Source: Podarcis liolepis
Taxonomy: Eukaryota
Length of the DNA stretch: 64,000 nt
Reading direction: 5' to 3' (one strand)
Assembly (NCBI GenBank): GCA_965112155.1
Contig: OZ218109.1
Shown: in pieces, positions 1 to 12,545 of the stretch
Layout of the letters: each line of letters opens with the position of its first letter
How positions within the stretch are numbered: the first letter of the stretch is position 1
The notes under the pieces: model-generated
What the model was told of the DNA's origin: nothing
What the model saw: only the letters and a program-made list of their open reading frames with translations
Databases searched by the model: none
Program-made: the position numbers and the translations under genes

Positions 1-656
1 ATCAACTCAAGGTCCACCTATCCACACTTGGAGCTATCAGGCAAGATGAGGAATTTCTCCATAGAGCAGAGCAAGTTGAAATATCTGAGATACTCCCTGG
101 AAAGTGAAGTTATCTCTGCTACTGCGTACTGTACTTCTGTCCATGCCTGGATTTTTCTATTGCTTCTCTTTTATTGGCATTATATTGCATCCATTTCTGA
201 GTGTTTATCAGCACAAACCATATACACTGTGGAATAATTCGGCCTACAAAGCCATTTCCCCCAGCTCACACATCCGTCATATATGACACCCATGAGTAGG
301 GTAGGAAAAGGCACAGCTCCCTGCCAAAAGCAGGGTTTGGGGTGTGTGTGCAAAGATGTTTTTCATTGCCCACACTGTTTGATTTCAAACCCTGCTTGCA
401 GGCAAATGAAAATGCTTCATCTGATGTCATTGTGACATCAGATGACTGGCCCATGGGGAGTTGAGGAAGGACAAGATCCAGCCTACTGGCCAGATCCAGC
501 TTCCCATCCCTTTTTTATGTGACTTCTCAGAAGTAAATCCCATTGAGTTCAATGAGGCTCACTTTCAGGTTAATTGGGCAAAGGATTGCAGCCTCAGTGT
601 CATATTCTCAGCTGCCCTGAGCATTTTCTTTCACATGTAAAGGCAGGATATGAATA

Positions 657-977
657 CAGTGGTGCCTCGCAAGACGAAAAGAATCCGTTCTGTGATTCTC
701 TTCGACTAGCGGTTTTTTTGTCTTGCGAAGCAAGCCCATTGACGGATTAGCGGATTAGCGCTATTAGCGGCTTATCTGCTGATCGGATCAGCTGATAAGC
801 AGCTTAGCGGCTTAGAAAAGGGGGAAGGGGGGGGGACCGCAGGAACTCGCAAGGCATTGTCGTCTTGCGAAGCAAGCCCATAGGAGATTCGTTTTGCAAA
901 GCACCTCCAAAACGGAAAACCCTTTTGTCTAGCGGGTTTTCCGTCTTGCGAGGCATTTGTCTTGCGGGGCACCACTG
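657..977. mobile_element. Non-autonomous Tc1/mariner (Tigger/pogo-like) MITE
   Basis: TIRs CAGTGGTGCCTCGCAAGAC...GTCTTGCGGGGCACCACTG, flanked by TA on both sides. Confidence 0.85.
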
Positions 978-1846
978 TACTTTAATAAATAAATGTCCTC
1001 AGCCACCTGATACCTGATCTCTTCACTGTCTCCACCCAGTCTCCTTGATGCCTGATGCCCAGAACTGCCTCCCAGAATGACCATGCAGTGCCAACTCTTC
1101 TCCACACCCTTCACAATTCTCCCCCAAACCCCAACACTTCCAATCAATGACCGCAGCAAATTTAAAAACAAACAAAACAGTTGCTATCTTTCAAAAGGCA
1201 TTTCTCATCAGCTGGGGAACTAGAGCCTGGTATCAAAATATTTTGCTGCGTGAGACAGTGGCATTACTTTCACACAGTTGACGTTCCATTATGTTTTTGT
1301 GGAGATGTGGTGACTAAGAAACCAGGAGGCATTTGTATAACTCTGCACCGCTCAGCTGCTCTGTGAAATTCATGCGAGGGCAACGGGAGAATGTGGCACA
1401 AACCGAGTGGTAAACAAGGCACAGTGCAGGGGAGAAGCTATTCACAGGAGCAAGGGGGGCACATTTCCTCACGCTATCACATACTGGCTGTGTAAATGTA
1501 CTCTTGTAAGTTCTCTCAATCGTTTTAGGCTTTCACTTTCTTCTGCTGCTCTCATGCGGATCAAAGGATGCTGCAGGAACATTGAGTACCAGTGGTGCTG
1601 GGGTAACGTCTGGTTGGCATCCGTCTCGGGAGAAAATGGAAGAGTGCACCTTCGGTGGTGAAGTCAAACTGCTGGAGAGTTACAGCGCCTGCTGTGGCTA
1701 TAGAGACCGGTGCAGGAGAGACATGTTTCGTTGCAATTGTTGAAGGTTGCCAGCAGAAACTTCTGACAAATGTAGAAACAAAATGGCAAGGTTTGTCTTC
1801 TGATTTTTGCAGCTTATGAAATTGCACTTTAGTACCATTAATGAAA

Positions 1847-2197
1847 GGGACGCGGGTGGTGCGGTGGGTCAGAGCCACAGAGCCTAGGGCTTGCCGATCA
1901 GAAGGTCGAAAGTTCAAATCCCCGCGACAGGATGAGCTCCCGTTGCTTGGTCCCTGCTCCTGCCCACCTAGCAGTTCAAAAGCACATCAAAGTGTAAGTA
2001 GATAAATAGGTACCGCTCCAGCGGGAAGGTAAACGGCGTTTCTGTGTGCTGCTCTGGTTCTCCAGAAGCGGCTTAGTCATGCTGGCCACATGACCCGGAA
2101 GCTGCACACTGGCTCCCTCAGCCAGTAAAGCGAGATGAGCGCTGCAACCCCAGAGTTGGCCACGACTGGACCTAATGGTCAGGGGTCCCTTTACCTT
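1847..2197 (+). mobile_element. Full-length Sauria SINE
   Basis: tRNA-like head GGGACGCGGGTGG, (ACCTTT)n tail, 14-bp TSD TACCATTAATGAAA (1833-1846 / 2198-2211). Confidence 0.9.
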
Positions 2198-2491
2198 TAC
2201 CATTAATGAAACATGCAGACCCTGCATGGGTGCCTTGACAAAGATGTACTGCCTTTTTGTACACTTATCAAAAAGCTGGAATTATCTGACGTGTCGGGGT
2301 GTTCCTCCCACACCATGTTTATTTTTATTGCTTGCTCTTATACAGAGCTGCCAGTGGTTTCCCATCCAAAGGCCTGATCACATCAATAGCTTAGCTTCAA
2401 CTATGCTGCTGTCATCAGGTACTCCCAGACTATTCACTGGGCCTAAGATGGTGTCCTTGTTTTTAAAATGCAATGAAAAGATGCCAAATAC

Positions 2492-3686
2492 TAGAGGTCT
2501 GGGATAGATATAAAAACATATTAGAACCCAAAACTCCTCACTGGTTATCCCCGTTAGAGATAATGGGAGTAAAGAAAATCAACATGAGAGGAAAGTGGGG
2601 AAAATACGAAGAAATGGTGACAAACGAAGGAGGAAAGTGGAAAGTAAAACCATATGACCAGGTTAAAGTTTTTACATACGATTGGTTGCACTATTTTCAG
2701 ATTAACGAAATGTTCAAAAAGGAGGTGAAGGAAAGGGGTTATGAGGAAAAAGAATCTAGATATCAAAAGGAGATAATAAATAATGAATGTAAAAATCTGT
2801 CGAAAATGTATAAAATACTGCTGGAATGGAATACGAAGGACGAGGAAGTGAAATCAGTGATGGTCCAGTGGGCGAGGGATTTCGGATACAATATCCAATT
2901 GGAAGACTGGGAAAGGTTATGGAAGGTGAACATAAAATTTACGGCCTGTACGCTTTTGAAAGAAAACATGATGAAGATGCTTTACAGGTGGTATATGACA
3001 CCAGTGAAGCTGGCAAGGATGTACAAGGTAGACAACAAATGCTGGAAATGCAGACAGATAGAGGGGACATTTTACCATCAATGGTGGGAATGCAAAAAAA
3101 TTAAAAGTTTTTGGGAGGAGATTTATAACGAAATGAAAAAGATGCTGAGATACACCTTTGTTAAAAGACCAGAAACCTTCCTATTGGGTATTGTAAGAAA
3201 AGATATAGAAAGAAAGGACCGCAAACCTTTTCAGTATGCGGCAACGGCCGCAAGAATTGTGTTAGCTCAGAGATGGAAGCAGGAGGAAACTCCAACGGTG
3301 GAAGAGTGGAGAGAAAAATTGATAGAATATGTAGAATTGGACAAACTAACAGGGAAAATTAGATATACCAAAGACCAAAAGTTTATTCAAGACTGGGGGA
3401 AATTTGTGGGGTATCTGGAAAACAACTGTGATGTAAATACAACGCTAGTGGGGTTTAAAGAGGCACTGTAAAGAATCAATAAGTATTGTCGATTAGAAAT
3501 AATGAAGGAAGGGAGGGAAAACGGCAATACGTAAGAACGGAATGCGTATGAAAGGGAAAACTACGAATGATTGTCAGTAACGTTGAAGGAAGTCTAAAAT
3601 GGATAAGAATGTCATGATATGGATAAAAATGTATAACTGGTTGGAAACCAATAAAATTTTAAAATGCAAAAAAAAAAAAAAAAAAA
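2492..3686 (+). mobile_element. 5'-truncated L1-clade LINE (ORF2 C-terminus, 3'UTR, poly(A))
   Basis: Uninterrupted ORF to 3471 with Cys/His knuckle CWKC-x8-HQWWEC; AATAAA at 3650; poly(A); 17-bp TSD GAAAAGATGCCAAATAC (2475-2491 / 3687-3703). Confidence 0.9.
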
Positions 3687-5606
3687 GAAAAGATGCCAAA
3701 TACAGAGCCACCATAATTATAATCTGGCATGCATTTCTGTGGTACCTTTGCAGAAGACCTCTTTTCCTCTCTGTAGCTCCACAAGTCTTTTCTTTTCAGA
3801 AAACTACATTTATTTGCTTCCTCTGGGTTTTCTGTAACCAAGAGCATTTTGGTTTAACGTTAGTATCAGCTGCAAAAGGGATTTAAGGTGCCCCGCCCTG
3901 TTGGAAGCTTAAGACTCCAGAAGATCAGCCTTGTGATTATGAAGAAACAATGGCAGGATAAATATGGGAAATCATGTTTCAACTCTCATCTAATTACTAG
4001 AACTGACTGTTTCCCCCATTACAAAATTTCATGCCTATGGAAAACTAGCATGTCACAGAGGTTTTCAGTTTTCAATGTCAGGGAACTTTGAGAGAGAGAG
4101 GAGAGAGAGCGCCTTCAGGCGTGACGTCTTCTATCTCCATTCTTCTGAATGTGGGTATGAGTAACAAGGGAGTGCAAGGGGAGAAGCACCTCCACACGAT
4201 ATCTTCTTCCTCACTGCAGGTTCCTCTCTTCCCAGCCCAGTGCTATGATGGGGAGGAAAATCCCATCCCATCCTACCCGCTTATGAACGGAAGCGCAGAG
4301 GGGAAGCTGTAGGTTTTCTTGTGTGTGTGCCGCATGCCTGTCTACATTGCATGTGCTGCTGTGAGTATAGTGCAATGCCCACTTTGACTACACTCACTTT
4401 CACTTTGAGAATAAAAATGTAAGCTGTCTGTGTTCTAATAAAAAGCAGTTCCATAATTTCCTATGCTTGTTTGCTGGAGATTGTGTTGCTCCTTTGCTCT
4501 TTCTGGAGGAAACCCAAGTCCTTTATCATCTGAGAGAAACCTGTGTTATTATTGTTAGGCAGTATTATTAAGAACGATACAAGGAAGTGTTCTTTCTGTG
4601 ACTTCAAGTCATTGAAGTTTGATTGTGAATTTTTTAATATCAAGGTAAGGCAGCCCCAGCAACATTTCTTGACTTTAATGAAGTGTTCCATGTTTGAACA
4701 GTCCAGCTTGCCTCCTTATAGATCAGGATGAGATTGATGAATTGCATTTTAAGGAAGGAAATTTAAGTGGTCATGAAACGATACCATGTATGACCCTTAC
4801 TCCTCCTAATTTGAAGTTCTAGCTTAAATAAATCCTTTTTTAATTCTCTTGTCAAGTTTTTTATGGAATGGCGATAACAATTAGCATCCTCCTTCTGTAA
4901 AGTTTATCCATATATTTAACATGGAAAAACACTAAGTGCCACTTATTGTACAATTTTAGCTAGATTAGATTGTGGTTCCTTTGTTAAATCTGGGCCCTTT
5001 CTCTTCATATACCAGACAAGAGTGGGAAATTTATACAAAGAAGGGAAATGTAGGCATGAAATGTAGGATTTGTAACTGGGTTATACTACTAAATAGTACT
5101 GGCATGTCAGTCAATTGACCACATATCATCAGCTGATAGCCAAAATTATCTGATCAGTCATATTGTTTAAAAAATAAGGATACCACTATGTTGGCAGCTT
5201 AGCATTTTTTTATTCCATTATGGTGTCATTTGTTAGCAAGGGCAACAGCGAGGCTACTTGCACTCTAGCCCTATCACAGACAGGGGCAAACCTAGCAATG
5301 TAGCAAAGCTTCTCTTACTGGCAACCTGAAATTATAGTAGGCTGTGTCCAAACACAAGCAGCCATTGGTGGCAAAGGTCACTGCCCAGAATTCAATCTTG
5401 CTTGTTACAGGAATCAAGGAGGAGGACCCTGTCAGTAGGAACTGGCTGTTTCCTCTATAAAGTTCTTGCGAGCATTTAGACTGTGATCTTAGCTGTCAAA
5501 AGAACCAGAGATGCTGGTTGAAGTAAAACACACAACATTTTTCTCTAAGAAGGCTTTCCCCTGCAGTGTGTAGAATAAAAGCAAGACTCAAAATCTTGGG
5601 GAAACA

Positions 5607-5612
5607 TTTATT
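5607..5612 (-). terminator. Candidate EXOG polyadenylation signal AATAAA
   Basis: TTTATT on + strand ~490 nt after the stop codon; GU/U-rich tract further downstream (~5525-5545). Confidence 0.55.
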
Positions 5613-6100
5613 AAAAACTTGCTTGGGAACTGGCCCCCATTGCCTGGTTCTTGAATTGTCAGTTTATACAAATAGTCACTTACAAATGAATTTGTTCTCA
5701 AGAGGCATTTCTAGAGATTTAGATGAATGAAAACAAAGAAAAGGCTAAAAAAAAATACAGCTGGCAAAGAATTATATAAATAATATAATACCATTTCTAC
5801 AGCATCCTGTTAGAAAAGGAAAGTTATATCTAGGAGAGGTCTACTTATATTCGCAAGGTGACCATTTTCTATTTTTCTTGTATTCCAGAAGAGATTCAGA
5901 ATAAAACTTACAACTGATGATGGATTTAGTAAAGGGCACAAACGAGTGACCTTAAGTCTCATTGCCAACCTGAGCCACAGGAGGTGTTTTAATTTCTCAG
6001 CAAAGTGCTGCACTTTCAGCATAGGCACACAACCAATGGGGAGGCTTGTCCAAGTTTTCTTCTTAGTAGTAGCTGAGTCTCTGTACAACAGTTCTTTATA

Positions 6101-6562
6101 TTAACCAGATCTCCCTTCTCTAGCTTCCATTGATTTTTGCATTGCTAATTCCTCCTCCTTCTTTTTATAAACCTTTAAGAGATATTCATCGGGCTCAATT
6201 CCCTTTTCCTGTAATTCAGACATGATCTTTCTCAACCTTTCCAGTGTCCTTGCACTCTGCAACTTCCGAGTGGTGATGTACAGAGTGAACTCTTCCAAAC
6301 TCATCAGCTTACAAGTATCAACCTCACAGATATTTCTAACGTCTTTAGTTTTATTCACCTGTGGGAAGAAAACAAGGCCTGACATTCTCTCCAGGTCTTC
6401 AATACTAACTTGGAATTCCGGCAGCTGGTGGTCAAAGCCAATAGCGTCATTGGGTACCACGAAGGCCCCAAGTACCAAAGGATCTGTGGATGCTTCACTT
6501 CTTCGGGCCAGAATCACTTTGTAAAGATGCGAGGGTACAGCCACATCATCTTTTCCAATTAC
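6101..6562 (-). CDS. EXOG: EXOG exon 6 (last coding exon, C-terminal wing domain)
   Basis: Acceptor gctgatag; VIGKDDVAVPSHLYKVILARR...EGRSG*; 462 nt including TAA. Confidence 0.96.
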   Translation of the reverse strand, partial: VIGKDDVAVPSHLYKVILARRSEASTDPLVLGAFVVPNDAIGFDHQLPEFQVSIEDLERMSGLVFFPQVNKTKDVRNICEVDTCKLMSLEEFTLYITTRKLQSARTLERLRKIMSELQEKGIEPDEYLLKVYKKKEEELAMQKSMEAREGRSG

Positions 6563-8503
6563 CTATCAGCAGAGCAGAGAGATTATATCACTCAAACTCA
6601 TCAGAAAGGAGGCCATAATCCTCCCATATCTAGAACTAAAATTTTCTACATAATGTGCAGCTGCCAAACAGATTAAAAGGAACACCATACTGAAGACTCC
6701 ACTACCCCAACATCAAACCAGCTGCAGTTCTCTCATGTAGAGCTGCCAAAATAAACTCAAGCTGATAATTGACAATGTTCCTATTCATGAAATACATAAA
6801 TGAAATATGGTAAAAGGAAAACGTGATGACTACCTTCTATAGTTTATAAACCAAAGACAAAGCCCATGGAATCTGTGAATAGTACAAGAGGCAATCAATA
6901 TAACAGATTATTATAACAATGACACTGAAGTAATAGTACATAAGAATTTATTTGAAATGGTCTCCAATTGTAACACATGGAAATTAGGCACAATGTAGTC
7001 AAAAAAGCACTAAAAAGACCAAAAATATAAATTTCCTGGTGAAGAAGAATCTATTACAGAGTTCTTGGTGAGATCTCTCAAAAGTCTGACAAGGAGACAA
7101 GAACAGATTTTGGAGAAAGACAGTAAAAAAACATCATAAATTTTCTGTGAAAGCATGTCTACCCTGCACACAATCTGGTTAAATAGCAGTGACCCTGCCT
7201 TCTTTTATGGTATCCTGGGAACAGATTAGCAGTCTCAATTATAAAGAACAAGAGGGACAAGTGACAAAATGTAGCGTTTTCAGTTCAGGGCCATCACCTT
7301 TTCCAAGATACTGTATTCCCTTTCCTTCTCCCCTGCCCTCCGTTTCCCATATCCTAACATACGCCCCACACAGCAGCCAGTCAGCATTTTGTGATCATTG
7401 AGCAGGCTTTTTTTTTTTTACTTTATTTATGCTTATGCATCATACAAACACTAAATAAAACAAGCAAATAATACCAAAACAGAAAAAATGCAAAGCCAGA
7501 AATACAAACATAATGACATACACATAGATCACTGAGCATGTTCAGTCTTCTTTGGGCTGTTTTTTTAAGGGGTGTGTGTCTCCCCCCCTTTTTTCTGGAC
7601 TTCTGCAAACCTTGGGGTTCCCCTGAGTCTACTGATACCTCACTCTTGTGCATGGATATAGCAGTTTTGGTTAAATAGATATCAGCTCTCAGAGAAGGTT
7701 TGCTATTAGTATAAATGATTCTTTGATCTTCTGGAAAGCTGACGAGTCTACTGTAGTTGGTTTTAAGGGAGCCATGACAATGAAACCATTTTAAAACTGG
7801 GTTATAGTGGTACTGTCAAGCTTGGGGAAAACATTTTATCAGGACGGTTAAACAGATGCTGTATAAATCAACAATGATGTTTGTCTTTTCCCCACAGATT
7901 GTTTCAGAACACTGATTGCAAAAAATTCCTCTTGTACCCTATACAACTGATTTGCCATTAAACTGATCAAAATGAAGAGGTGCTAAATTTGCTGTGATTG
8001 CAGGAAAAGAAAATATTTACCAAAGATGGATGTCTTTCATTCATAACACACACAAGCTGTTTTCCAGGTCATAGCTGATTACTTAAAAACAAAATGGTTT
8101 TAGTATCAGTATGTCAGACTTAGGACCAACACACTCTGCTTCACATGCTATATAATATAGTCACATATATGAGAGCAGGTTTTCACCCAATTTATGGAAC
8201 TTTTTTCACAACAGTCACTGCGTGAAGACAGGACTGCATTTCTATTTGAAAGCTACTCTGGGAGTAAAAATGCTTTAAATAGGCACATAAAAGCACACTG
8301 GAGCATGTATGCACATATCTGAGGGTAGAGCAAGGCCTGGGGAAAAAACAAAAAACTGCTTCCATGTGACTAGGGGCTCCATGCTGGAAGTATGAAGTAT
8401 ATATTTGTGCAATATCAACCAGCTCAGATGCTACAATCAGCAGTATCATCATCATGTTGGTGGTATCATCACTGAGGGCTGCCCAGCTGGCACTGAACTG
8501 TGA

Positions 8504-8790
8504 CAAGGTCTTTTCAGTGGTAGCTCCCTGTTTGTGGAATGCCCACCTAGTGAGGTGTGTCTGCCTCCCTCATTACTGTATTGATTTTCAGAAGCAATTT
8601 GAAAATATTCCTGTTTATCCAGGCATTTGATGGCTGAAAGGAACTATTCCTGGCAACCTTGAGATCTCTGGTTGAGATAATGGTTTTATTAACAGTTTTT
8701 AGAATATTTTTAATATTCTAAAAGTACTGATGTGTTTGCTGCCTTGGGCTCTTTTGGAAGGAAGGTGGGACATAAATAAATAAACAAATG
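8504..8790 (+). mobile_element. Old L2 LINE 3' fragment
   Basis: Degenerate RAFSVVAP.LWN.LP-type coding and L2-like tail ending in (TAAA)n; similar to 47625-47960. Confidence 0.6.
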
Positions 8791-11700
8791 TATTTATTTA
8801 AACAAATAAATGTATTTTAAAAAATAAATAAATGTAAAGGGTGATATATGCTGGGAGGGGAGAAGAACATTGGCAATGGAGTGTCATCCCCGTACTCAGT
8901 TGGAAGGATACGCTTGTTAAAAATTCTGGAATTCTCAAACTGATCTTCCTCCTCTTTCATTCCATTCCATGTAGCAAGTCTTGAGTGACACACAAACACA
9001 CACACCACTCAGCTATGTAGATATAATAGCTTTCTTGTTCTTTTCAAAGTTACAGAACCCGTTTTGTGAACAGCGTGGAATCCTGGACTTCCACGGCTCA
9101 TGAGAGAGAAGTGGGTGGTCTCTGCATGTAGGACCTGCGCCGAAGTGCCCCCGCAGGTGCTCCATCCACCACAGTTGGAGCTGTGCAACTACTGCTGCAA
9201 CTTCCAGCAAGAGCTCACGAGATCTCTCCGGAAGCCGTTGCTGTGGGACCCCAGGAAGTGAGGCTTGGGGCGGGGGGCAGCAGAGCACAGCACCTTTCTG
9301 TTTTGCCTCCAGTGGTGAAATGGAATGGACCGCCTCTGCCTTCATGCACAGAGCTCTGACATCCACAAGGATCCACCAGAGCCTCTGGAGCACAACAAAG
9401 TGGTTAAAGACTGTGTACTTTTATGTGATCAGCTATGGTAGTGCTTTCTTATTTGTAATGGGAGGTAGCAGTATCTTGCACAGAAGTTGCGAAAATACCA
9501 ATCAACTGACAGAACAACAACAAGAACAAGAGACTAACTCCCACCACGTGAACGGCACTGCAAAAGACTTTTATGATTATAGTGCATTTTTGAGACAGGT
9601 AATGTGCATTGTTCCACATGATTGCTCAGCCCAAGCAAGCTGAAAAAATATCAGCATGTTCATAAGCTATGTCTCTGTAGTTTTGAAAGTAATGTCTTCA
9701 TTCTGAGAAGCGGTTCAAGCATGGGACTCTGGATATTTTATGCCCGAGTGCCACCTAGTGGCTTTTTAGATTTTCTAAATGGCTTTTTCTATTCAAGAGC
9801 TTGCACATCAATTTCCATAATTTAGATCCGACACACATTTCTCTCGCTGCTTGACTGAAACAGACAGAGAGCATATGCCCTTATGGTAAGTGAACAGAAA
9901 GCATCTGAAAACTATTCATGCACACATGTCTTCTTTGATTTGTGATCATCTATTCACATACAAGGGATGATGAGAGAGTCACCATTTGCATCTGCTGCTG
10001 CAGCAGCGACACAGTCTGGCCAAAGAACAGCAGTGGCCTTTTTACAGTGTCAAAGACTTGCTGTGATTTAAAAGCTAGCACAAATAAAAACAAACTACAG
10101 TATTACATAGTGGAATTTGGTCCCCCCATCATGCTATCTAATTTACTGTTTCATTTGTACGATTTGTATCCAGTCTTTCATCATAAAATGGCAGGTCACA
10201 AAATACAAAAACAAACAAACATAAAAACAGCCTTTAAAAATAATACAACTTTAAAAATATGGAATCTGGTTTTGTATATAGATTATTTATTTTAATTTTT
10301 ATACAACCTTTCATTTTTTAAAAATAACCTCAAAGCATGACTCACACCTCACAGCGTAACTGAGGTGTTCTAGGAAGATACCACGGTTAATGGTATCACA
10401 AACCGCTGAGACATCAAGCAAGAGCAACAAGGTCACACAGACCCTGTCCCTCTTCCGGGTCATCCATTAGGGCAACCAAGGCCCATTCCCTCCTGAAACT
10501 CGAATGGATCTAGAATGGGTCTAGATAATTGGTCTTCCTCCCACCTCAGAGTCCTGCAAATGGACTCCTAAGTACCTTCCACAAAATGGGCACAGTAGCA
10601 ACAAGATGGCGCTATCATTAGCACAAAGAGAGGATCCAAAAACACACAGTTCATAAGGAAATAGAGCAAGGCATTGCTTAGGGGGTGGGGAAAATAAGTG
10701 GTTTAATTCACAATATAATCACAGTTACAGGACATGTTGCTGAACCTCTATCAATTTTGTTCTGCTAACTTACTATATATAGATTTGTTGACACCACTGG
10801 GTTAGTTTGGAAGACTTCAGTATTGTGGGAGACCATAGAGAGTGGCTTGCCAACACACTGTTCTGATTTTGCTGAGACTGGTATAAAAAGGAACAGCTAG
10901 CAGAGGCATGCCTTTATGTCAGATCTATCTAACACAAGTACCTCTACCAGAGTTGATTTAAGATAAGGTGACACCTAGGCTTTCAACAAAGTCTCCTTGC
11001 TAGTTGATTCCAGGATGGCATGTCTGTTCCATCAGTGAAGCTTTGTCCTGGGCTGACCAGAAATGCTCTCTCCTGAAGACAGGAGGGACCAGCCACCCCA
11101 AATGTGTACAGTAAGCCACAATTGTTCAGTTATGATCATCTGTTGTAGTTAAAACCTTTTGGGACCAGCAACAAGATTTATTGCAACAGGGCATTGTGAG
11201 TGATTTATTCAAAGCTGGAAAAAATGAGCTGCTTTCTTGTTTTTGTCTATGCTTAACCACATAAATGCCCCAAATTCACCAGCCACTGCTAAATCATATT
11301 TTATGAGATCCGGTGGCTGAGGAAACTGTATTTCTGGGGCACTCACAGTGAGGGGTGCTAGCCCCATCACCTGCTATTAGCATGTCAGGGTTTTGTTCCA
11401 ACCTTAGTACTTGCTTTGAGGAAACTCTTCCCATTTTGCAGCCCACCTAAAGAAAGCAGCTACAACAGGTCAACAAAGAGAGGGAGAATGCCAATTGGTA
11501 TGACAGGTAAGTGTGAAAAGTGAATTACTACAACACATGAAAAAACACAATGTGTATGCATATCACTACCAGTGTCAATTACTGAAAGTATACCTGGAAC
11601 AATGTTCCAGTGTAATAGCTTCTCTTGATTTCGTACTGCTGCAGAAATCTGGGTCTCATGACTTTGAATCGTTTGATGATGTGTTTCAGCTGGAATATTG

Positions 11701-12064
11701 GTCAAAATTTCTAACTTTACTAGACACATACCACATTATTCATAGGGCTGAATGTCAGGAACCATTGTCCCTTCTATTCTACCCTACCTGGGAGCAAAAT
11801 AAATTACCCCAAACAAACTGTGTTCACAATGGCTACTGCACAACCCTGAAACTGGCATCAGTAGACGACCTGACCCAAACCCAAATCTGAACTTCATGTA
11901 GGTGTCACAAAAGCATTTATTTGAACTTAGCATTTGGTGGTGGGAATAAATGCTGGCAATATGATGGGGTTTTAACATTCAAGGCATAATCCAAATAAAG
12001 GTTGGTGTGCAGTTAAGTAATTATAGTGCAATCCTATGTTTAGTCATGATTATGTTGAGGTATA

Positions 12065-12226
12065 AGGCCAAAAGGTCTCAGATTCAATTCCTGGCATCTC
12101 CAGGTAGGGCAAGGGAAGACTTAACCTCTGCAACCCTACCACTAGACAGCATAGACAAAACAAACAAACAAAAACAGCTAGATGAACCAATGGTATGACT
12201 CAGTATAAGGCAGCTTCCTGTGTTCT
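12065..12226 (+). mobile_element. Old tRNA-derived squamate SINE fragment
   Basis: B-box-like TTCAATTCCTGGCATCTCCAG...AGCTAGATGAACCAATGG...AAGGCAGCTTCC; related copies near 23750-23856 and 49440-49495. Confidence 0.55.
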
Positions 12227-12434
12227 CAAGGAGATCAAAGCAATGTAACTGTGCTGGATTGCACTGTTAAGACCCATTTATTTCAATGGAATTTAGGCAC
12301 TGACTATGATTGAAAATCAATTGAATAATCATCTGCCTTTGAAACTATTTATTGATTACATTTAGATAAATCAGCATATTACCCAAATGTCAATGTAAGT
12401 GCTTTTTTTGAAATACCAAAAGTAAAATAACTTT

Positions 12435-12545
12435 TCATAGATCATAGCATCATAGAGTTGGAAGGAACCCATCTAGGCCAACCGCCTAAAGTGCAGGAAT
12501 ATGCAGCTGTCCCATATGGGGATCAAACCTGCAACCTTGACATTA
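12435..12545 (-). mobile_element. Short element with tRNA-like head and CR1-like tail (SINE)
   Basis: (ATCATAG)n tail and GAGTTGGAAGG core; reverse complement of the copy at ~60243-60390. Confidence 0.55.

Noticed and set aside
1-1840. 3' end of SCN5A expected from mammalian synteny
   Set aside because: No sodium-channel coding sequence is recognisable; I cannot confirm SCN5A from this window.
1847-1930. tRNA gene
   Set aside because: A/B-box-like sequence is the tRNA-derived head of a Sauria SINE; same for the other SINE copies.
2473-3471. 332-aa single-exon ORF as a novel host gene
   Set aside because: It is the C-terminal part of an L1-type ORF2, bounded by a TSD and a poly(A) tail.
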